A stretch of DNA of 63,093 nt, the filler included, from Octopus bimaculoides (taxonomy: Eukaryota): NCBI RefSeq assembly GCF_001194135.2. It is 3 parts of 2 records of this genome, joined end to end, with 100 filler letters (N's around TTAATTAATTAA, not from the genome) between each part and the next. Parts side by side here need not be neighbours in the genome. Positions count along the whole stretch, not along the records: positions 26,330 to 54,139 come from NC_068990.1; 2 more parts are not named here. One strand, written 5' to 3'. Below, piece after piece: positions 26,333 through 35,893 of this stretch; position 1 is the first letter of the stretch, and each line of letters begins with the position of its first letter. The position numbers and the translations under genes are program-made. The notes beneath the pieces were generated by a model. That model had not been told where the DNA came from, ran no database searches, and worked only from the letters and a program-made list of their open reading frames with translations.

Positions 26333-26947
26333 TCAGAAAAAGCAGAATCTGAAAAGTCCAAATCTCCTGTGACATCAGAACCTACTAAAACACCTGTATC
26401 TCCTGCCGCTTCAGAAAAAGCAGAATCTGAAAAGTCTAAATCCCCTGTAACCTCAGAACCAGGAAAGTCTCCTGTACCCTCAGAGAAAGCAGAATCTGAG
26501 AAATCACAATCTCCTGTGACCTCAGAACCTGCTAAGTCCCCTGTATCCTTGGCCCCTTCAGACAAAGCGGAATCAGAAAAGTCAAAATCCCCCGTTACCT
26601 CAGAACCTGCAAAATCCCCAAAGTCCCCTATCCCCCCAGAAAAAGCAGAATCTGAAAAATCAAAGTCACCTGTAACGTCAGAAACTGCGAAGACCCCTGT
26701 ATCTCCTGCCCCTTCAGACAAAGCAGAATCTGAAAAGTCAAAATCTCCTGTCACCTCAGAACCTGCAAAATCCCCACAATCCCCTGTACCCTCAGAAAAA
26801 GCAGAATCTGTAAAGTCAAAATCTCCAGTTCAGTCACCAGCCGCAAAATCGCCTTCATCACATGTGCCCTCAGAAAATGAAGTTTTAGAAAAGTCAAAAT
26901 CATCAGTCTCTTCAGAATCTTCTAAATCCTTCAAAGCCTCTTCACAC
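26333..26947 (+). repeat. Coding tandem repeat, 78-bp / 26-aa unit (SEKAESEKSKSPVTSEPAKSPVSPAP)
   Basis: Units start at 26333, 26411, 26480 (preceded by a 69-bp unit), 26558, 26636, 26714 and 26792, with a degenerate unit at 26870. Confidence 0.95.
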
Positions 26948-29140
26948 ACAGTGGAGACAGAGTCAATGAAATCGAAACAAAGGCTTTCGCCTGAACCCTC
27001 TGAAAAATCAGAATCTGAAACCCTTAAATCATCTGTGATAGCTACGTCTCCCCACTCCCCTGTTAAATCTGACTCAGAACATTTGTCTCCTGTATTGTCT
27101 GAACAATGTATAACCGATAAATCGGATCAATCTCTTTCACCTGTGGCCTCTGAAAAACACAAATCTTCAATTACTTCTGAATCTTTAAAGTCCTCTGTGA
27201 TATCTGAGAAATCCAAGTCTGTACCAACTGCTCCCTCTGACTCAGTGTTACCCACTTCTCCCTCAGAAAAAGCTAAATCCACTGTGATAACCAAACCTGC
27301 TAAATCACCTTCTAGCCCTGAAAAAGTTATTTCGGATAAAATACAGTCATCTAAGAAAGCAACATCACCTATTCAATCTGAGGATGCAGACTATCTGAAA
27401 GACAAGTCCTTTGTAAAATCTGAACCAGTTATCTCCCCAAATATTTTGGAAAATTCGCAAAAGGTAAAGTCACCCATTAATTCTGCAAAATCTCCTGTAC
27501 TTTCAGTAAGGTATTCTTCTCCATCCCAACCAGTTTTATCTCCTGTATATTTGTCTGAATCTCTAGTAGATTTACTGCAGGAAAAGTCTACAAATGTAAG
27601 CTTACCTGCATCTGGGAGATTTACATCTACTTTATCTGAAAGTCATTCGTCTGTTGAGGCAGGAGATCAAATTAAATACCAATCACCAGCTTCTGCCGAT
27701 TCTCTCAAATCTTCTGTAGAAGATGAGGAATACATTAAAACTGCAACTTCATTAGTTCATGAAAAGTTATCTCATGATAAACCCTATACGTCACTAATAT
27801 CTGACAAAGATGCCTCCCCTATGTCTTATAGTAACGCTGAATCCTTGAAAGTTACCTCGTTTACTACTTCAGGGAAGAAAGTGTTTCCAGTCACGTCTAG
27901 TCAATCACAATACGTAACAACTAGTTCATCTGTAGTTTCAATATTAAATAGGCCTGCTGATTCATCTGATAAAGCCAACATCTTAAAACTTTCACCCTCC
28001 GCATCCACTGAATATATTCCATCTTTTAACTCAACGAATAAAACTGAACTTAAAACCTCAAGTGATAATATAATTTCCCGATCCACTGTAACAACTGGCA
28101 ATGTTTCAGATCGGATCACCTTTAACATTGAATCGAATCAGGGTAGTACATATGATAATTCTCAATACAATAAATACCAGTTACGATCTGGGTCTACTGA
28201 AGTCTCGAAATTGAATGATTCTATGAAAGTTTCATCCATTATTATACCTGACAAGCACGAGACTGAACATTCTACTTCAGTGTTAGTTTTAGAGACCGCA
28301 AGTTGCACAGTACCATTAGAAACTGGTGAGCCTTTGCTGTCTCATGTCTATTCTGAGACAGTTAAGTCCCCTTTGTTACAGCGTTCTTTTCATTCTTCAG
28401 ATTTAGAAACTTTCAAGGATACTGACACTTTTTTACAAACCAGAACAGTAGTCCATGATAAAGGTTTACTTCCCAGTAGTTCTGTAGTAGCTAGCTTTCC
28501 ATCGTGGGTGCAAAAAGAAAATGGCCAACCAGAAACATCTACATCACAAATGTTTCCCTATAAGTTGACATCTTCTTCAACCCCAGGAATTAATCAGTTA
28601 AAAATGGGCTTTGAAACTGAACACATGTATTCTGTATCTGAATCGAAATCAGCGAAAGATACAGTAAAGGAAATTAATACTTTGCTCAAATCGTCTGCTC
28701 CAGAAAGCCATTTTATAAAGCAGAGCGATGATAGCGTAAGCGAAATAGTGTATAAGACATTCAGCGAAACCTCGGCTACAGATGAGGCTGATAATTCATA
28801 TGCTGAGAGTCAACAGAATGGTTATGATTGGGGAGGAGAAAAGCGAGTATACAAAGCTGAAAGTGAGGCGGTGAGAATGATTAAAGATCCCCAAAAGGAA
28901 ATTACAATACAGCTCAAAACTACATCTAAGCATTTTAGAAGTGGCATGGATGGTATGGCTGAGTCGATGAAAACTGCAGAAACCGCTGAAGTCAGGAAAG
29001 CAGAGATGAAAAGGCCATCGGAGAATTTCACCGATGCGAGTTCAAATGGGGTGGGTGGTACGTTGAAACTGTTGGACATGTATCCTGCTTTCGATGTTTT
29101 TAATAAAAAAGATACCACAGATTTTGGTTTGCATGTCTAA
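26333..29140 (+). CDS. NF220: Giant terminal exon encoding a KSP-repeat neurofilament tail (NF220 / NF-H-like isoform), 5'-truncated by gap
   Basis: Open from the gap edge to TAA at 29138-29140 (935 codons). S/E/K/P-rich with about 16 KSP motifs. On the same strand, 5 kb upstream of the NF60/NF70-like exons. Squid NF220 is a KSP-tail splice form of the same gene. Confidence 0.8.
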   Translation, partial: SEKAESEKSKSPVTSEPTKTPVSPAASEKAESEKSKSPVTSEPGKSPVPSEKAESEKSQSPVTSEPAKSPVSLAPSDKAESEKSKSPVTSEPAKSPKSPIPPEKAESEKSKSPVTSETAKTPVSPAPSDKAESEKSKSPVTSEPAKSPQSPVPSEKAESVKSKSPVQSPAAKSPSSHVPSENEVLEKSKSSVSSESSKSFKASSHTVETESMKSKQRLSPEPSEKSESETLKSSVIATSPHSPVKSDSEHLSPVLSEQCITDKSDQSLSPVASEKHKSSITSESLKSSVISEKSKSVPTAPSDSVLPTSPSEKAKSTVITKPAKSPSSPEKVISDKIQSSKKATSPIQSEDADYLKDKSFVKSEPVISPNILENSQKVKSPINSAKSPVLSVRYSSPSQPVLSPVYLSESLVDLLQEKSTNVSLPASGRFTSTLSESHSSVEAGDQIKYQSPASADSLKSSVEDEEYIKTATSLVHEKLSHDKPYTSLISDKDASPMSYSNAESLKVTSFTTSGKKVFPVTSSQSQYVTTSSSVVSILNRPADSSDKANILKLSPSASTEYIPSFNSTNKTELKTSSDNIISRSTVTTGNVSDRITFNIESNQGSTYDNSQYNKYQLRSGSTEVSKLNDSMKVSSIIIPDKHETEHSTSVLVLETASCTVPLETGEPLLSHVYSETVKSPLLQRSFHSSDLETFKDTDTFLQTRTVVHDKGLLPSSSVVASFPSWVQKENGQPETSTSQMFPYKLTSSSTPGINQLKMGFETEHMYSVSESKSAKDTVKEINTLLKSSAPESHFIKQSDDSVSEIVYKTFSETSATDEADNSYAESQQNGYDWGGEKRVYKAESEAVRMIKDPQKEITIQLKTTSKHFRSGMDGMAESMKTAETAEVRKAEMKRPSENFTDASSNGVGGTLKLLDMYPAFDVFNKKDTTDFGLHV

Positions 29141-29231
29141 GATTTTTTTATGTTTTGCCTGGCTCTTGCACCCCTTAGATATTAGTAGTCAAGCTATCCG
29201 ATTGGTTTCTCAATTTTAATTNNNNNNNNNN

Positions 29232-29270
<39 letters not shown>

Positions 29271-29366
29271 AGGTACGCATACAAATATTTACATTGAAAA
29301 CACGACTGTGTTCTAGTTCTCTCTCTTTTATAGGTGATCCACGTTGTAGAACATACACTAGTCATA

Positions 29367-29596
29367 AATAAAAACAAACTGTCTGATATTACGTAAATCT
29401 ATAAATCAGTACACTATATTTCAAATTGTGGCGGTAAAGTGTATTCCAATCACATTAGTTCTGTCTACCTTTAAGAGGCAGTAACATACAGCCATATTAC
29501 CATTTCTCGAAAGAGAGTCTATGAAGATCTAGAAATGTTGATATTTGTGATTTAGAAATATTCCTGTAATAATAAATATTAGAAATAAATAATAAA
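29367..29596 (+). terminator. Candidate polyadenylation signals for the NF220-type isoform
   Basis: AATAAA at 29367, 29571, 29584 and 29591, with a U/GU-rich tract at ~29770-29880. Weak evidence in AT-rich DNA. Confidence 0.35.
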
Positions 29597-30371
29597 AGAA
29601 TATGGAAAAAAATGTTGGTAAAATAGATGAAACTACATCACAGTCATGTTTTCAATACATGTCTCATAAGAGAAGCTGTTTCCCATATATACATATATTG
29701 ATGTGAAACTTCTAAATTTAACGCAGTGGCAGTGTTTTGCTTGTTGCTAAAAAATATATTGTAGTATGTCATCGTGTTTCTTTTTTGTTTCTTTTTATTT
29801 CTCATTCTGTTTTTTTCTGTGCAACTTTTCAGTTGAAGTAGTGCTCTAGGTGTGTGTTTTTTTCTGTTGGGTTTTCGTGCTATTTCTGCTGAATTTAGTT
29901 TATCTACACGTAGTACGGTAGATGTTGGAATACGTGATTAAACAAGTTGAACATTAAACCCGGTTCTAAAACTACTTTCTTCCCTCATTTTGTTTTCTCG
30001 AAATAGAAAGAGTTAAAAACTAACCTCCATTCCCTAACCAATCCATTCATATCCTAATTCTTTCTCTTTTTAATTAATATCTTATTTCTAAGACTCCATT
30101 TCCTTGCTTTTCATCGTTCAGTTCTTCTGTCTCGTCCTGGTTCTTTCCTTCCATCGTAACCCTTTCTTAAAATCCCTTATTTTTTCATTAAACAATGTTG
30201 TAGATTTTAAATGGGTTTTTTGCTTAAGTTTCAACAATATTCGATGGGTTTCTTTCTATTTAAGTTCGAACAAATATAGTAGAATATTAGTTATATAAGA
30301 AGAAATAATCTTAGTGAAATGATAAAGCTGCTACCAAATTTTCTGGTTTTGTGCCCAAAATCCAAGTAACA

Positions 30372-30810
30372 AGGCAGCGAATCGGCAGAATTTTTGGCGC
30401 ATCTGATATAATGCTTAGCAGAATTTCTTCCAGGTATTTAAACTCTGAGTTCAAACCCCACCAAGTCCATTTTACCTTTTATCCCTTCAGGGTAAATAAA
30501 ATAAAGAACCAGCCAACAACTTGGTTCGGTGTCGACTATCTTTCTCCTATAAAATACTGCTGCCCTTGGGCTAAAATTTGAAACCATTATTATGTCTATC
30601 ATTAAGAAGGCAATGACCTGCATAATTGCTGACATGCCGGAGAAAATACTTAGTGGCATTCCATCTTTACGTTCTGAGTTCAAATGCTATCGATTCGAGG
30701 TGGAGATACGTACCAGTCAAGTACTGGGAGTCGATGTAATCGACTAGCACTCTCCCCACAAATTTCAGGCCTTGTGCCTATATTAGAAAGAATAATAATT
30801 ATTATTATTA
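30372..30810 (+). mobile_element. Two degenerate family A SINE copies
   Basis: 30372-30590 and 30630-30810 are each colinear with 290-512 (ctgagttcaaa...aatttcaggccttgtgcc). Confidence 0.7.
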
Positions 30811-32572
30811 AGAGTGTCGTACTTCAATTGGTAAGCTCATAGTGGAGACCTTCTGATTATACAACACTGAGAAGGTATGAATGCCACCACTTCCAAGAAA
30901 CTTTATCTTAATCACCCCAAGCCTCATTTATTTTAAGATAATATTTAATGTAGCCACAGTCTCTTTTATGACTGAGAAACACAAAAAGGTTATATAATGT
31001 GCTTATTATACAGACAAGCTCCCTCCAAGAAAACAAGTATAGTATTCAACAGTCATAATGAAAATATCACAAGATTTTGAACTTGAGTGTAGGAAAAAGG
31101 GATACTTGTTTCAAAATCGTACTTCTCCTTACATTAGAGAAGTACAATTATATGTTATCCAAAATTAGAAAAGAAAAATGCTGTTATATCTGACAATGAT
31201 GGGGTTAATCTTAGTTTAAATTTATTGGCAACTTTTAGAAATTGTTTAGGTTAAATTTTTGAAAAGTAAATTTTAAAATTAATTTGATATTCAGTGCATA
31301 TTCTATCTTTGTAAGATATATTAAGCTAAAGTCCTGAGACAGTTTTTACTTCCTATCTTAATTTATATTTCTTTTGGAAAATCACAGTTCCGATATCATT
31401 CCAAAGCGTCTTATATTTAAAACTAATAATAAAAATAGCCCGGACTCAATAAATCAAGTTGTATGACCTGGAAATAGGGAGTAGTGCCCATCACAAAATG
31501 AGAGTCTTCAGTGACGTAGGAGTTAAAACGTATCATTTATGAAGTTCATTGCAATCATATACAACAGACGTAGTGATGTCGGAAACATCTAAGTGATTAC
31601 AACGTTTAACAATATTTAATTCGGCACAATAGATTTCTGAGTAGAACTTGCGCTGGGGTTAAATTCCATCTCTCCAGTGTCAAAAAAAAAAAATACCCTC
31701 ACCGCAAAAATCTTCTATTAATTTTATTACAGAAAGTGTTAGACTAAATTACCATTCATTTGCTTAAAACATTTTACATCAAGAGTTTTAGTCGAGTTCG
31801 ACTTCGTATACTTTATATATATTATATTTTACATTTTCTGAGTTGATGATATAATTACAAGTCGAGTAAGTATTAGATCGACTAAACTGACTATCCTCCC
31901 ACCACCCACACAGAAAAAAATGAAAGCTTCCGTCTGTGTTATATATCAATATTTTAGGATAGTCTCGTTCAGTTATGCTATTCTTAAATAATAATGGATG
32001 GTATACATTGAAAGGAAATTTTTATTACACATGTTTCTTTACAAAGAAAGGAACAAATATTTTCTCTTGAAATTTTATTCATGTAGTCTTATGATAGAAT
32101 AAAATTTCAGAGGATGGTAACCTCACATATTTGCTATAATAAGCAATGTATATCTCTATATATTACGAAATTTTACATTCCTTTATTTCAATAACATTTT
32201 AACATTTTAGATATTTCCGTTTGTGTTGTCTTACATTTCTATTATTACAGCTGACTCCAAAATATGTTTTAGTTAAGGGTTTTTTTTCAGGCCCTATGTC
32301 AGATAAATTAAGCTGATTAGATTATAGTTTCTGTATTAAGGACAGAATAAATCGACGTTACACAGACATAAGAATTTTCATATAAATATTTACGCATCTC
32401 AAGGCATCTTTATATATCCATAAGTTCATAAATACACTTGTACATTTTTAGCATCTGCATATACATCTACGTATAAAAAAAGCAAAGAATCATACATTAC
32501 TTACGTACATAAGTGGAACAATATAGCACAAATATATATACCTACATATATGAATATATATACCTACATATA

Positions 32573-32651
<79 letters not shown>

Positions 32652-32767
32652 ATATATGCATCTATATATATATATTTTATGTTACGTATATATATATGTA
32701 TATATATAGGCATATATGTACTTGTATGAATATTTGTGCATGTGTGTTTATGTGTGATTAAACATGT

Positions 32768-32802
<35 letters not shown>

Positions 32803-34147
32803 GTGTGTATATGTGATTGTGTATGTATGTATATTACTATATATTTATATATATATGTATATATAAATGTAAATAGATAATATATATACATACATATATG
32901 TTAATATATATGTGTATATATATATGTATTTATGTGTATATATATATATATATACATATCTATTTATAATTACAATGGGTCTGGGAAAAATATTTCAGCT
33001 TCAATAGATTTTGCGGAAATAGATGTTTATCAAGTAACAATGAATCCCAAATATTCTCAAAATAAAATTACCTCAAAATATATAGTATTATGTAATATTC
33101 AAAATAAAGTATTATATCCTGGAAGTTTTTGTTCATATAAATTCTCCAGGTTTCTTCATGTTTATCTACTGACCAGGAAATTTAATTGAAAGTCTCTGTC
33201 TATTCCTTTCAGATTTTCACTATTAGTATCTTCTAATATTATCAAGAAATCAATTTAAGAGGTCTGAATGACGTATGCTACTGTATTAAAACATTGGAAG
33301 CCGATAGAGTTAAAATGAGAAAATGAGTTGCTCAATAATAAAAAAAAAATTATATATATATATATATACTTTCATATTCAAACGAATGTATTAACGTAAT
33401 TTGAGATGTAACGTTATATTTTAATTATTTGTTATATAACATTGCTTTGTACTATATGTTGTAAGTTTAAGAATACTACCACAGTAAATTTGATACATAT
33501 TCAGTATTAATAAATATTAAATATACTAGATGCATGTTAACCTTGCTAAATATAGAAAAATGTAGTAATAGCAATATTTATAATTATATTAAATATAATA
33601 ATAATTTGCATTCTGTTCATATATTAGTAATATAAATATGTAACTTAATTCGAAAGTAGCCCTTTTATTATATATTTTAACATTATCAATAATATATTTA
33701 AGAGATAAATCTGGAAGATAAATGCTGTTTATTTAATATATATATATATATATATATANNNNNNNNNNNNNNNNNNNNNNNNNNNNNNNNNNNNNNNNNN
33801 NNNNNNNNNNNNNNNNNNNNNNNNNNNNNNNNNNNNNNNTATATATGAATTAAAAGTTGATTCTCCTCAAACTCAGTGTTTGCTAACCAACATTCAACTT
33901 GTGTGTTCCCGTCTTCCAACTACTACATATTTTGTTTTGTTTTTCGCAAAAATATATTCAATGTATAATTTTATTATTTTTCTTATACTTTGATGGCAAA
34001 AGAAAAATGACAGAAAGAGGTAAAGACATTTTGTACAATAGGAGAAATATAATAGAGGGCTTTTAATTGATTTTTAATAACATTAAGGTATTAAGCACTC
34101 TGAACAGGCTTTGGTACTGCTCTCATTGTTACCAAAATGCATCACAG

Positions 34148-34198
34148 GCAAGTTATGGAAGTCAACAGGAAAACAGTACGTTGTGAAATAGTAACCAG
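34148..34198 (+). CDS. Candidate 51-nt cassette exon of the neurofilament gene (R-QVMEVNRKTVRCEIVT)
   Basis: cacAG acceptor at 34146-47 and CAG|GTGAGA donor; phase 2-2, the same phase as the 34320 acceptor; no stop codon; 121-nt intron to the next exon. Confidence 0.4.
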
Positions 34199-34319
34199 GT
34201 GAGAAAGAGAACGAAAGAAAGGCCAACGCACTCGAAGATTTAAAAAAATGCAGTAGGTTTTTAAGAAGACATTTTTTTCTACCTTGTTTTTTCTTTTGGT
34301 TGTTTGTTTGTGCCAACAG

Positions 34320-34432
34320 AATTGGGATGAAGCAGATAGTGGAACAAGTTGTCGGATCCAGAACTAGTGAGGCAGAAGTGCTGTCTACCATGCTCACCAA
34401 GTCATCAGAAAGCAGTTATGAGGCTACCGGTG
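34320..34432 (+). CDS. NF70: Neurofilament post-rod exon shared by NF60/NF70-type isoforms ((R)IGMKQIVEQVVGSRTSEAEVLSTMLTKSSESSYEATG)
   Basis: U-rich tract plus caacAG acceptor; G|GTGCGT donor at 34433. The peptide matches recalled squid NF60/NF70 RVGMKQIVEQVVGARPNEAEVLSSILTRSEGGYEATG. Confidence 0.9.
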
Positions 34433-35289
34433 GTGCGTATTAGAGCCAAAGTGTACAAAACGACGTGGTGCTACTCATTTATAATTATATTAGTAAAACA
34501 GAAAAATTTCAGAAGTTTGTACATATGAATATATATATATAATATATATACAAACATATATATATATTATATATATAAATATGCATTCATTTATGCGTAA
34601 TATATATGGATGTACATATGTACTTTGTATATTACCTTATACTATTAAATGTACAATAGCCTGCATACACATATGGTGGGGGTGTATATAAACCTATATT
34701 TTGATAATCACATTCTTATTTATATGTACAGTTTACTTGTCACAAGAATCCTTCAAAATTAAGTTGTTCCAACGATTCAAATCACTCAGTTTATAGCTAA
34801 CACATAGTGCAGATATATTGTAGCTTGCAGATACAGACATGTTAACAAAGTGCTTTCTACAAAACATCTTTGTCTTCTTTCTAACAACTCCTTTCTCTCG
34901 CCACAATCTAACCAGTTTTTCTATTTTCCATACTATAAATCTGGTAATAAGCGTACCATTCTTCAAAACGGTACTTTACAATTTAGTAATTTTCTTTTCT
35001 TGTGTGTGTGCTATTTTCCTTTACTCAATTATTAATTTCTGCACAAACAAAGCTATCTTCTGTAGAATTTGCTTATCTCAAGTGGAAAAAGAAATACTAA
35101 AACACACTTGTTTAGTAATTTACATGAAATTAGATTTACCTTGCATGACGCTGCAATTGGACTAAATTCTTGCACGCACTTATCTGTCCGTTCTGTGATC
35201 CTTATATCCTTCTTCGTTAGTACTATATTTCCTTCTGCGACATGTTTCCTACTCCTCCCATCTGACAGGCCAAAAATTACATATTTCAG

Positions 35290-35363
35290 GCGTAACTTCT
35301 ACGACCACTCAAGAACGTCGGACAATGAGTGAAGAAAAAAAAGTCAGCTCTACCAAGGAATAG
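35290..35363 (+). CDS. NF60: NF60-type terminal exon (GVTSTTTQERRTMSEEKKVSSTKE*)
   Basis: tttcAG acceptor at 35288-89, phase 1 and compatible with the 34432 donor; TAG at 35361-63. Matches the recalled squid NF60 end GITTTTTTSSQERRSMSEEKKSMGSSD. Confidence 0.85.
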
Positions 35364-35735
35364 GGAAAATCAACACAAAAGAAAAACAAAATACAACAAA
35401 AAGACTGATAACATAGATTTTTCATATGAACAGTTTTTACAGTAGCAACAACAATTTTTTTACAAAATGTGAAGAAAACATGAACATTACACAAAAAATA
35501 TTGGCATTGTTATTTACCGCCATTGCTGATCTTATATTTGTCTAGTAAAACAAATTGTTCAATGTGTATCGCTTTTTTGCTGGAATCGTAAAAAAATGTG
35601 CATGTAACCTTATCAATCAGGCACATTTGTGGTCTTATCTAATGAACTTATAACAAGCATATGCATTTGTCTGTATTATATATATATGCCATTAAATATA
35701 TATAGGCAACTAGTTAATATATTTAAAAAAATGTA

Positions 35736-35825
<90 letters not shown>

Positions 35826-35855
35826 ACATATGTATGTATCATATATATGTGTGTC

Positions 35856-35893
<38 letters not shown>

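Noticed and set aside
26278-26754. 158-aa minus-strand ORF (TGDFDFSDSA repeats), plus 27901..28128 and 28822..29118
   Set aside because: Antisense shadows of the neurofilament exon; the first ends only at the artificial linker stop.
26333-29140. Alternative identity of the big ORF as a MAP1B/futsch or giant-ankyrin exon
   Set aside because: The composition fits, but same-strand adjacency to NF60/NF70-like exons within one assembly block favours NF220. Spliced long reads would decide.
33531-35604. TGCATG (Rbfox-type) motifs near the alternative NF exons (33531, 35142, 35599)
   Set aside because: The hexamer is common in this CA/TG-rich genome; no enrichment can be shown without a background model.
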